Source: Auanema rhodensis (taxonomy: Eukaryota > Animalia > Nematoda). From it: a stretch of 64,000 nt of DNA. Both the position numbers and the translations under genes were made by a program. Below are positions 1 through 14,100 of this stretch, piece after piece (within the stretch, counting starts at the first letter, position 1; every line of letters starts with the position of its first letter). The stretch lies in the NCBI GenBank assembly GCA_964057225.1, contig OZ059899.1, positions 744,001 to 808,000 on the forward strand, given 5' to 3'. The notes under the pieces were generated by a model. That model made no database searches. It was given only the letters and a program-made list of their open reading frames with translations, and had not been told where the DNA came from.

Positions 1-1936
1 TTCAAAGTCATGGTTACCATGAACCAATATCAATAAAAATTTGTTTTTAGACTAATATGGACATGGGGAATCTAATTTTGAAAACCGCATCTCTTTATCT
101 TTCACGTGAAGCGAGTTACATACCATGTGCACATCACGTGTACATTTAATTAGCATGAATTAAAGTTCACGTAAATTTCAAAGTCATGGTTACCATGAAC
201 CAATATCAATAAAAATTTGTTTTTAGACTAATATGGACATGGGGAATCTAATTTTGAAAACCGCATCTCTTTATCTTTCACGTGAAGCGAGTTACATACC
301 ATGTGCACATCACGTGTACATTTAATTAGCATGAATTAAAGTTCACGTAAATTTCAAAGTCATGGTTACCATGAACCAATATCAATAAAAATTTGTTTTT
401 AGACTAATATGGACATGGGGAATCTAATTTTGAAAACCGCATCTCTTTATCTTTCACGTGAAGCAAGTTACATACCATGTGCACATCACGTGTACATTTA
501 ATTAGCATGAATTAAAGTTCACGTAAATTTCAAAGTCATGGTTACCATGAACCAATATCAATAAAAATTTGTTTTTAGACTAATATGGACATGGGGAATC
601 TAATTTTGGAAACCGCATCTCTTTATCTTTCACGTGAAGCGAGTTACATACCATGTGCACATCACGTGTACATTTAATTAGCATGAATTAAAGTTCACGT
701 AAATTTCAAAGTCATGGTTACCATGAACCAATATCAATAAAAATTTGTTTTTAGACTAATATGGACATGGGGAATCTAATTTTGAAAACCGCATCTCTTT
801 ATCTTTCACGTGAAGCGAGTTACATACCATGTGCACATCACGTGTACATTTAATTAGCATGAATTAAAGTTCACGTAAATTTCAAAGTCATGGTTACCAT
901 GAACCAATATCAATAAAAATTTGTTTTTAGACTAATATGGACATGGGGAATCTAATTTTGAAAACCGCATCTCTTTATCTTTCACGTGAAGCGAGTTACA
1001 TACCAAGTGCACATCACGTGTACATTTAATTAGCATGAATTAAAGTTCACGTAAATTTCAAAGTCATGGTTACCATGAACTAATATCAATAAAAATTTGT
1101 TTTTAGACTAATATGGACATGGGGAATCTAATTTTGGAAACCGCATCTCTTTATCTTTCACGTGAAGCGAGTTACATACCATGTGCACATCACGTGTACA
1201 TTTAATTAGCATGAATTAAAGTTCACGTAAATTTCAAAGTCATGGTTACCATGAACCAATATCAATAAAAATTTGTTTTTAGACTAATATGGACATGGGG
1301 AATCTAATTTTGAAAACCGCATCTCTTTATCTTTCACGTGAAGCGAGTTACATACCATGTGCACATCACGTGTACATTTAATTAGCATGAATTAAAGTTC
1401 ACGTAAATTTCAAAGTCATGGTTACCATGAACCAATATCAATAAAAATTTGTTTTTAGACTAATATGGACATGGGGAATCTAATTTTGGAAACCGCATCT
1501 CTTTATCTTTCACGTGAAGCGAGTTACATACCATGTGCACATCACGTGTACATTTAATTAGCATGAATTAAAGTTCACGTAAATTTCAAAGTCATGGTTA
1601 CCATGAACCAATATCAATAAAAATTTGTTTTTAGACTAATATGGACATGGGGAATCTAATTTTGAAAACCGCATCTCTTTATCTTTCACGTGAAGCGAGT
1701 TACATACCAAGTGCACATCACGTGTACATTTAATTAGCATAAATTAAAGTTCACCTAAATTTCAAAGTCATGGTTACCATGCACGAATATCTATAAAAAT
1801 TTGTTTTTAGACTAATATGGACATGGGGAATCTAATTTTGAAAACCGCATCTCTTTATCTTTCACGTGAAGCGAGTTACATACCAAGTGCACATCACGTG
1901 TACATTTAATTAGCATAAATTAAAGTTCACGTAAAT

Positions 1937-4900
1937 TTCAAAGACATGGTTACCATGAATCAATATCAATAAAAATTTGTTCTTAGACTAATATGGACAT
2001 GAGGAATCTAATTTTGAAAACCGCATCTCTTTATCTTTCACGTGAAGCGAGTTACATACCAAGTGCACATCACGTGTACATTTAATTAGCATAACTTAAA
2101 GTTCACGTAAATTTCAAAGTCATGGGTACCATGAACCAATATCAATAAAAATTTGTTTTTAGACTAATATGGACATGGGGAATCTAATTTTGAAAACCGC
2201 ATCTCTTTATCTTTCACGTGAAGCGAGTTACATACCAAGTGCACATCACGTGTACATTTAATTAGCATAAATTAAAGTTCACGTAAATTTCAAAGTCATG
2301 GTTACCATGCACGAATATCAATAAAAATTTGTTTTTAGACTAATATGGACATGGGGAATCTAATTTTGAAAACCGCATCTCTTTATCTTTCACGTGAAGC
2401 GAGTTACATACCAAGTGCACATCACGTGTACATTTAATTAGCATGAATAAAAGTTCACGTAAATTTCAAAGTCATGGTTACCATGAACCAATATCAATAA
2501 AAATTTGTTTTTAGACTAATATGGACATGGGGAATCTAATTTTGAAAACCGCATCTCTTTATCTTTCACGTGAAGCGAGTTACATACCAAGTGCACATCA
2601 CGTGTACATTTAATTAGCATGAATTAAAGTTCACGTAAATTTCAAAGTCATGGTTACCATGAACCAATATCAATAAAAATTTGTTTTTAGACTAATATGG
2701 ACATGGGGAATCTAATTTTGAAAACCGCATCTCTTTATCTTTCACGTGAAGCGAGTTATATACCAAGTGCACATCACATGTACATTTAATTAGCATAAAT
2801 TAAAGTTCACGTAAATTTCAAAGTCATGGTTACCATGCACGAATATCAATAAAAATTTGTTTTTAGACTAATATGGACATGGGGAATCTAATTTTGAAAA
2901 CCGCATCTCTTTATCTTTCACGTGAAACGAGTTACATACCAAGTGCACATCACGTGTACATTTAATTAGCATAAATTAAAGTTCACGTAAATTTCAAAGT
3001 CATGGTTACCATGAATCAATATCAATAAAAATTTGTTCTTAGACTAATATGGACATGAGGAATCTAATTTTGAAAACCGCATCTCTTTATCTTTCACGTG
3101 AAGCGAGTTACATACCAAGTGCACATCACGTGTACATTTAATTAGCATAACTTAAAGTTCACGTAAATTTCAAAGTCATGGGTACCATGAACCAATATCA
3201 ATAAAAATTTGTTTTTAGACTAATATGGACATGGGGAATCTAATTTTGAAAACCGCATCTTTTTATCTTTCACGTGAAGCGAGTTACATACCAAGTGCAC
3301 ATCACGTGTACATTTAATTAGCATAAATTAAAGTTCACGTAAATTTCAAAGTCATGGTTACCATGAACCAATATCAATAAAAATTTGTTTTTAGACTAAT
3401 ATGGACATGGGGAATCTAATTTTGAAAACCGCATCTCTTTATCTTTCACGTGAAGCGAGTTACATACCAAGTGCACATCACGTGTACATTTAATTAGCAT
3501 AAATTAAAGTTCACGTAAATTTCAAAGTCATGGTTACCATGCACGAATATCAATAAAAATTTGTTTTTAGCCTAATATGGACATGGGGAATCTAATTTTG
3601 AAAACCGCATCTCTTTATCTTTCACGTGAAGCGAGTTACATACCAAGTGCACATCACGTGTACATTTAATTAGCATAAATTAAAGTTCACGTAAATTTCA
3701 AAGTCATGGTTACCATGAACCAATATCAATAAAAATTTGTTTTTAGACTAATATGGACATGGGGAATCTAATTTCGAAAACCGCATCTCTTTATCTTTCA
3801 CGTGAAACGAGTTACATACCAAGTGCACATCACGTGTACATTTAATTAGCATAAATTAAAGTTCACGTAAATTTCAAAGTCATGGTTACCATGAATCAAT
3901 ATCAATAAAAATTTGTTCTTAGACTAATATGGACATGAGGAATCTAATTTTGAAAACCGCATCTCTTTATCTTTCACGTGAAGCGAGTTACATACCAAGT
4001 GCACATCACGTGTACATTTAATTAGCATAACTTAAAGTTCACGTAAATTTCAAAGTCATGGGTACCATGAACCAATATCAATAAAAATTTGTTTTTAGAC
4101 TAATATGGACATGGGGAATCTAATTTTGAAAACCGCATCTTTTTATCTTTCACGTGAAGCGAGTTACATACCAAGTGCACATCACGTGTACATTTAATTA
4201 GCATAAATTAAAGTTCACGTAAATTTCAAAGTCATGGTTACCATGAACCAATATCAATAAAAATTTGTTTTTAGACTAATATGGACATGGGGAATCTAAT
4301 TTTGAAAACCGCATCTCTTTATCTTTCACGTGAAGCGAGTTACATACCAAGTGCACATCACGTGTACATTTAATTAGCATAAATTAAAGTTCACGTAAAT
4401 TTCAAAGTCATGGTTACCATGCACGAATATCAATAAAAATTTGTTTTTAGCCTAATATGGACATGGGGAATCTAATTTTGAAAACCGCATCTCTTTATCT
4501 TTCACGTGAAGCGAGTTACATACCAAGTGCACATCACGTGTACATTTAATTAGCATAAATTAAAGTTCACGTAAATTTCAAAGTCATGGTTACCATGAAC
4601 CAATATCAATAAAAATTTGTTTTTAGACTAATATGGACATGGGGAATCTAATTTTGAAAACCGCATCTCTTTATCTTTCACGTGAAGCGAGTTACATACC
4701 AAGTGCACATCACATGTACATTTAATTAGCATAAATTAAAGTTCACGTAAATTTCAAAGTCATGGTTACCATGCACAAATATCAATAAAAATTTGTTTTT
4801 AGACTAATATGGACATGGGGAATCTAATTTTGAAAACCGCATCTCTTTATCTTTCACGTGAAACGAGTTACATACCAAGTGCACATCACGTGTACATTTA

Positions 4901-7900
4901 ATTAGCATAAATTCAAGTTCACGTAAATTTCAAAGTCATGGTTACCATGAATCAATATCAATAAAAATTTGTTCTTAGACTAATATGAACATGAGGAATC
5001 TAATTTTGAAAACCGCATCTCTTTATCTTTCACGTGAAGCGAGTTACATACCAAGTGCACATCACGTGTACATTTAATTAGCATAACTTAAAGTTCACGT
5101 AAATTTCAAAGTCATGGGTACCATGAACCAATATCAATAAAAATTTGTTTTTAGACTAATATGGACATGGGGAATCTAATTTTGAAAACCGCATCTTTTT
5201 ATCTTTCACGTGAAGCGAGTTACATACCAAGTGCACATCACGTGTACATTTAATTAGCATAAATTAAAGTTCACGTAAATTTCAAAGTCATGGTTACCAT
5301 GAACCAATATCAATAAAAATTTGTTTTTAGACTAATATGGACATGGGGAATCTAATTTTGAAAACCGCATCTCTTTATCTTTCACGTGAAGCGAGTTACA
5401 TACCAAGTGCACATCACGTGTACATTTAATTAGCATAAATTAAAGTTCACGTAAATTTCAAAGTCATGGTTACCATGCACGAATATCAATAAAAATTTGT
5501 TTTTAGCCTAATATGGACATGGGGAATCTAATTTTGAAAACCGCATCTCTTTATCTTTCACGTGAAGCGAGTTACATACCAAGTGCACATCACGTGTACA
5601 TTTAATTAGCATAAATTAAAGTTCACGTAAATTTCAAAGTCATGGTTACCATGAACCAATATCAATAAAAATTTGTTTTTAGACTAATATGGACATGGGG
5701 AATCTAATTTCGAAAACCGCATCTCTTTATCTTTCACGTGAAACGAGTTACATACCAAGTGCACATCACGTGTACATTTAATTAGCATAAATTAAAGTTC
5801 ACGTAAATTTCAAAGTCATGGTTACCATGAATCAATATCAATAAAAATTTGTTCTTAGACTAATATGGACATGAGGAATCTAATTTTGAAAACCGCATCT
5901 CTTTATCTTTCACGTGAAGCGAGTTACATACCAAGTGCACATCACGTGTACATTTAATTAGCATAACTTAAAGTTCACGTAAATTTCAAAGTCATGGGTA
6001 CCATGAACCAATATCAATAAAAATTTGTTTTTAGACTAATATGGACATGGGGAATCTAATTTTGAAAACCGCATCTTTTTATCTTTCACGTGAAGCGAGT
6101 TACATACCAAGTGCACATCACGTGTACATTTAATTAGCATAAATTAAAGTTCACGTAAATTTCAAAGTCATGGTTACCATGAACCAATATCAATAAAAAT
6201 TTGTTTTTAGACTAATATGGACATGGGGAATCTAATTTTGAAAACCGCATCTCTTTATCTTTCACGTGAAGCGAGTTACATACCAAGTGCACATCACGTG
6301 TACATTTAATTAGCATAAATTAAAGTTCACGTAAATTTCAAAGTCATGGTTACCATGCACGAATATCAATAAAAATTTGTTTTTAGCCTAATATGGACAT
6401 GGGGAATCTAATTTTGAAAACCGCATCTCTTTATCTTTCACGTGAAGCGAGTTACATACCAAGTGCACATCACGTGTACATTTAATTAGCATAAATTAAA
6501 GTTCACGTAAATTTCAAAGTCATGGTTACCATGAACCAATATCAATAAAAATTTGTTTTTAGACTAATATGGACATGGGGAATCTAATTTTGAAAACCGC
6601 ATCTCTTTATCTTTCACGTGAAGCGAGTTACATACCAAGTGCACATCACATGTACATTTAATTAGCATAAATTAAAGTTCACGTAAATTTCAAAGTCATG
6701 GTTACCATGCACAAATATCAATAAAAATTTGTTTTTAGACTAATATGGACATGGGGAATCTAATTTTGAAAACCGCATCTCTTTATCTTTCACGTGAAAC
6801 GAGTTACATACCAAGTGCACATCACGTGTACATTTAATTAGCATAAATTAAAGTTCACGTAAATTTCAAAGTCATGGTTACCATGAATCAATATCAATAA
6901 AAATTTGTTCTTAGACTAATATGAACATGAGGAATCTAATTTTGAAAACCGCATCTCTTTATCTTTCACGTGAAGCGAGTTACATACCAAGTGCACATCA
7001 CGTGTACATTTAATTAGCATAACTTAAAGTTCACGTAAATTTCAAAGTCATGGGTACCATGAACCAATATCAATAAAAATTTGTTTTTAGACTAATATGG
7101 ACATGGGGAATCTAATTTTGAAAACCGCATCTTTTTATCTTTCACGTGAAGCGAGTTACATACCAAGTGCACATCACGTGTACATTTAATTAGCATAAAT
7201 TAAAGTTCACGTAAATTTCAAAGTCATGGTTACCATGAACCAATATCAATAAAAATTTGTTTTTAGACTAATATGGACATGGGGAATCTAATTTTGAAAA
7301 CCGCATCTCTTTATCTTTCACGTGAAGCGAGTTACATACCAAGTGCACATCACGTGTACATTTAATTAGCATAAATTAAAGTTCACGTAAATTTCAAAGT
7401 CATGGTTACCATGCACGAATATCAATAAAAATTTGTTTTTAGCCTAATATGGACATGGGGAATCTAATTTTGAAAACCGCATCTCTTTATCTTTCACGTG
7501 AAGCGAGTTACATACCAAGTGCACATCACGTGTACATTTAATTAGCATAAATTAAAGCTCACGTAAATTTCAAAGTCATGGTTACCATGAACCAATATCA
7601 ATAAAAATTTGTTTTTAGACTAATATGGACATGGGGAATCTAATTTTGAAAACCGCATCTCTTTATCTTCACGTGAGGCGAGTTACATACCAAGTGCACA
7701 TCACGTGTACATTTAATTAGCATAAATTAAAGTTCACGTAAATTTCAAAGTCATGGTTACCATGAACCAATATCAATAAAAATTTGTTTTTAGACTAATA
7801 TGGACATGTTGAATCTAATTTTGAAAACCGCATCTCTTTATCTTTCACGTGAAGCGAGTTACATACCAAGTGCACATCACGTGTACATTTAATTAGCATA

Positions 7901-9500
7901 AATTAAAGCTCACGTAAATTTCAAAGTCATGGTTACCATGCACCAATATCAATAAAAATTTGTTTTTAGACTAATATGGACATGGGGAATCTAATTTTGA
8001 AAACCGCATCTCTTTATCTTTCACGTGAAGCGAGTTATATACCAAGTGCACATCACGTGTACATTTAATTGGCATAATTTAAAGTTCACGTAAATTTCAA
8101 AGTCATGGTTACCATGAACCAATATCAATAAAAATTTGTTTTTAGACTAATATGGACATGAGGAATCTAATTTTGAAAACCGCATCTCTTTATCTTTCAC
8201 GTGAAGCGAGTTACATACCAAGTGCACATCACATGTACATTTAATTAGCATAAATTAAAGTTCACGTAAATTTCAAAGTCATGGTTACCATGCACGAATA
8301 TCAATAAAAATTTGTTTTTAGACTAATATGGACATGGGGAATCTAATTTTGAAAACCGCATCTCTTTATCTTTCACGTGAAACGAGTTACATACCAAGTG
8401 CACATCACGTGTACATTTAATTAGCATGAATTAAAGTTCACGTAAATTTCAAAGTCATGGTTACCATGAACCAATATCAATAAAAATTTGTTTTTAGACT
8501 AATATGGACATGGGGAATCTAATTTTGAAAACCGCATCTCTTTATCTTTCACGTGAAGCGAGTTACATACCAAGTGCACATCACATGTACATTTAATTAG
8601 CATAAATTAAAGTTCACGTAAATTTCAAAGTCATGGTTACCATGCACGAATATCAATAAAAATTTGTTTTTAGACTAATCTGGACATGGGGAATCTAATT
8701 TTGAAAACCGCATCTCTTTATCTTTCACGTGAAACGAGTTACATACCAAGTGCACATCACGTGTACATTTAATTAGCATAAATTAAAGTTCACGTAAATT
8801 TCAAAGTCATGGTTACCATGAATCAATATCAATAAAAATTTGTTCTTAGACTAATATGAACATGAGGAATCTAATTTTGAAAACCGCATCTCTTTATCTT
8901 TCACGTGAAGAGAGTTACATACCAAGTGCACATCACGTGTACATTTAATTAGCATAACTTAAAGTTCACGTAAATTTCAAAGTCATGGGTACCATGAACC
9001 AATATCAATAAAAATTTGTTTTTAGACTAATATGGACATGGGGAATCTAATTTTGAAAACCGCATCTTTTTATCTTTCACGTGAAGCGAGTTACATACCA
9101 AGTGCACATCACGTGTACATTTAATTAGCATAAATTAAAGTTCACGTAAATTTCAAAGTCATGGTTACCATGAACCAATATCAATAAAAATTTGTTTTTA
9201 GACTAATATGGACATGGGGAATCTAATTTTGAAAACCGCATCTCTTTATCTTTCACGTGAAGCGAGTTACATACCAAGTGCACATCACGTGTACATTTAA
9301 TTAGCATAAATTAAAGTTCACGTAAATTTCAAAGTCATGGTTACCATGCACGAATATCAATAAAAATTTGTTTTTAGCCTAATATGGACATGGGGAATCT
9401 AATTTTGAAAACCGCATCTCTTTATCTTTCACGTGAAGCGAGTTACATACCAAGTGCACATCACGTGTACATTTAATTAGCATAAATTAAAGCTCACGTA
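1937..9500 (+). repeat. 11-mer (1936-bp) higher-order repeat made of alternating 6-mer and 5-mer subunits
   Basis: The GGGTACC variant lies at 2124, 3180, 4060, 5116, 5996, 7052 and 8987 (spacings 6, 5, 6, 5, 6, 11 monomers). Private variants ATTTCGAAAA (3771/5707) and GCACAAAT (4773/6709) are 1936 bp apart. Ends are approximate. Confidence 0.88.
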
Positions 9501-11149
9501 AATTTCAAAGTCATGGTTACCATGAACCAATATCAATAAAAATTTGTTTTTAGACTAATATGGACATGGGGAATCTAATTTTGAAAACCGCATCTCTTTA
9601 TCTTTCACGTGAGGCGAGTTACATACCAAGTGCACATCACGTGTACATTTAATTAGCATAAATTAAAGTTCACGTAAATTTCAAAGTCATGGTTACCATG
9701 AACCAATATCAATAAAAATTTGTTTTTAGACTAATATGGACATGGGGAATCTAATTTTGAAAACCGCATCTCTTTATCTTTCACGTGAAGCGAGTTACAT
9801 ACCAAGTGCACATCACGTGTACATTTAATTAGCATAAATTAAAGCTCACGTAAATTTCAAAGTCATGGTTACCATGCACCAATATCAATAAAAATTTGTT
9901 TTTAGACTAATATGGACATGGGGAATCTAATTTTGAAAACCGCATCTCTTTATCTTTCACGTGAAGCGAGTTACATACCAAGTGCACATCACGTGTACAT
10001 TTAATTGGCATAAATTAAAGTTCACGTAAATTTCAAAGTCATGGTTACCATGAACCAATATCAATAAAAATTTGTTTTTAGACTAATATGGACATGGGGA
10101 ATCTAATTTTGAAAACCGCATCTCTTTATCTTTCACGTGAAGCGAGTTACATACCAAGTGCACATCACATGTACATTTAATTAGCATAAATTAAAGTTCA
10201 CGTAAATTTCAAAGTCATGGTTACCATGCACGAATATCAATAAAAATTTGTTTTTAGACTAATATGGACATGGGGAATCTAATTTTGAAAACCGCATCTC
10301 TTTATCTTTCACGTGAAACGAGTTACATACCAAGTGCACATCACGTGTACATTTAATTAGCATAACTTAAAGTTCACGTAAATTTCAAAGTCATGGGTAC
10401 CATGAACCAATATCAATAAAAATTTGTTTTTAGACTAATATGGACATGGGGAATCTAATTTTGAAAACCGCATCTTTTTATCTTTCACGTGAAGCGAGTT
10501 ACATACCAAGTACACATCACGTGTACATTTAATTAGCATAAATTAAAGTTCACGTAAATTTCAAAGTCATGGTTACCATGAACCAATATCAATAAAAATT
10601 TGTTTTTAGACTAATATGGACATGGGGAATCTAATTTTGAAAACCGCATCTCTTTATCTTTCACGTGAAGCGAGTTACATACCAAGTGCACATCACGTGT
10701 ACATTTAATTAGCATAAATTAAAGTTCACGTAAATTTCAAAGTCATGGTTACCATGCACGAATATCAATAAAAATTTGTTTTTAGCCTAATATGGACATG
10801 GGGAATCTAATTTTGAAAACCGCATCTCTTTATCTTTCACGTGAAGCGAGTTACATACCAAGTGCACATCACGTGTACATTTAATTAGCATAAATTAAAG
10901 CTCACGTAAATTTCAAAGTCATGGTTACCATGAACCAATATCAATAAAAATTTGTTTTTAGACTAATATGGACATGGGGAATCTAATTTTGAAAACCGCA
11001 TCTCTTTATCTTTCACGTGAGGCGAGTTACATACCAAGTGCACATCACGTGTACATTTAATTAGCATAAATTAAAGTTCACGTAAATTTCAAAGTCATGG
11101 TTACCATGAACCAATATCAATAAAAATTTGTTTTTAGACTAATATGGAC

Positions 11150-14100
11150 ATGGGGAATCTAATTTTGAAAACCGCATCTTTTTATCTTTCACGTGAAGCG
11201 AGTTACATACCAAGTGCACATCACGTGTACATTTAATTAGCATAAATTAAAGTTCACGTAAATTTCAAAGTCATGGTTACCATGAACCAATATCAATAAA
11301 AATTTGTTTTTAGACTAATATGGACATGGGGAATCTAATTTTGAAAACCGCATCTCTTTATCTTTCACGTGAAGCGAGTTACATACCAAGTGCACATCAC
11401 GTGTACATTTAATTAGCATAAATTAAAGCTCACGTAAATTTCAAAGTCATGGTTACCATGCACCAATATCAATAAAAATTTGTTTTTAGCCTAATATGGA
11501 CATGGGGAATCTAATTTTGAAAACCGCATCTTTTTATCTTTCACGTGAAGCGAGTTACATACCAAGTGCACATCACGTGTACATTTAATTAGCATAAATT
11601 AAAGTTCACGTAAATTTCAAAGTCATGGTTACCATGCACGAATATCAATAAAAATTTGTTTTTAGCCTAATATGGACATGGGGAATCTAATTTTGAAAAC
11701 CGCATCTCTTTATCTTTCACGTGAAGCGAGTAACATACCAAGTGCACATCACGTGTACATTTAATTAGCATAAATTAAAGCTCACGTAAATTTCAAAGTC
11801 ATGGTTACCATGAACCAATATCAATAAAAATTTGTTTTTAGACTAATATGGACATGGGGAATCTAATTTTGAAAACCGCATCTCTTTATCTTTCACGTGA
11901 GGCGAGTTACATACCAAGTGCACATCACGTGTACATTTAATTAGCATAAATTAAAGTTCACGTAAATTTCAAAGTCATGGTTACCATGAACCAATATCAA
12001 TAAAAATTTGTTTTTAGACTAATATGGACATGGGGAATCTAATTTTGAAAACCGCATCTCTTTATCTTTCACGTGAAGCGAGTTACATACCAAGTGCACA
12101 TCACGTGTACATTTAATTAGCATAAATTAAAGTTCACGTAAATTTCAAAGTCATGGTTACCATGCACGAATATCAATAAAAATTTGTTTTTAGCCTAATA
12201 TGGACATGGGGAATCTAATTTTGAAAACCGCATCTCTTTATCTTTCACGTGAAGCGAGTTACATACCAAGTGCACATCACGTGTACATTTAATTAGCATA
12301 AATTAAAGTTCACGTAAATTTCAAAGTCATGGTTACCATGAATCAATATCAATAAAAATTTGTTCTTAGACTAATATGGACATGAGGAATCTAATTTTGA
12401 AAACCGCATCTCTTTATCTTTCACGTGAAGCGAGTTACATACCAAGTGCACATCACGTGTACATTTAATTAGCATAACTTAAAGTTCACGTAAATTTCAA
12501 AGTCATGGGTACCATGAACCAATATCAATAAAAATTTGTTTTTAGACTAATATGGACATGGGGAATCTAATTTTGAAAACCGCATCTTTTTATCTTTCAC
12601 GTGAAGCGAGTTACATACCAAGTGCACATCACGTGTACATTTAATTAGCATAAATTAAAGCTCACGTAAATTTCAAAGTCATGGTTACCATGCACGAATA
12701 TCAATAAAAATTTGTTTTTAGACTAATATGGACATGGGGAATCTAATTTTGAAAACCGCATCTCTTTATCTTTCACGTGAGGCGAGTTACATACCAAATG
12801 CACATCACGTGTACATTTAATTAGCATAAATTAAAATTCACGTAAATTTCAAAGTCATGGTTACCATGCACCAATATCAATAAAAAATTGTTTCTAGACT
12901 AATATGGACATGGGGAATCTAATTTTGGAAACCGCATCTCTTTATCTTTCACGTGAAGCGAGTTACATACCAAGTGCACATCACATGTACATTTAATTAG
13001 CATAAATTAAAGTTCACGTAAATTTCAAAGTCATGGTTACCATGCACCAATATCAATAAAAATTTGTTTTTAGACTAATATGGACATGGGGAATCTAATT
13101 TTGAAAACCGCATCTCTTTATCTTTCACGTGAAACGAGTTACATACCAAGTGCACATCACGTGTACATTTAATTAGAATAAATTAAAGTTCACGTAAATT
13201 TCAAAGTCATGGTTACCATGCACCAATATCAATAAAAATTTGTTTTTAGACTAATATGGACATGGGGAATCTAATTTTGAAAACCGCATCTCTTTATCTC
13301 TCACGTGAAGCGAGTTACATACCAAGTGCACATCACGTGTACATTTAATTAGCATAAATTAAAGTTCACGTAAATTTCAAAGTCATGGTTACCATGCACC
13401 AATATCAATAAAAATTTGTTTTCAGACTAATATGGACATGGGGAATCTAATTTTGAAAACCGCATCTCTTTATCTTTCACGTGAAGCGAGTTACATACCA
13501 TGTGCACATCACGTGTACATTTAATTAGCATGAATTAAAGTTCACGTAAATTTCAAAGTCATGGTTACCATGAACCAATATCAATAAAAATTTGTTTTTA
13601 GACTATTATGGACATGGGGAATCTAATTTTGAGAACCGCATCTCTTTATCTTTCACGTGAAGCGAGTTACATACCATGTGCACATTACGTGTACATTAAA
13701 TTAGCATAAATTAAAGTTCACGTAAATTTCAAAGTCATGGTTACCATGAATCAATATCAATAACAATTTGTTCTTAGACTAATATGGACATGAGGAATCT
13801 AATTTTGAAAACCGCATCTTTTTATCTTTAACGTGAAGCGAGTTACATACCAAGTGCACATCACGTGTACATTTAATTAGCATAAATTAAAGTTCACGTA
13901 AATTTCAAAGTCATGGTTACCATGAACCAATATCAATAAAAATTTGTTTTTAGACTAATATGGACATGGGGAATCTAATTTTGAAAACCGCATCTCTTTA
14001 TCTTTCACGTGAAGCGAGTTACATACCAAGTGCACATCACGTGTACATTTAATTAGCATAAATTAAAGTTCACGTAAATTTCAAAGTCATGGTTACCATG

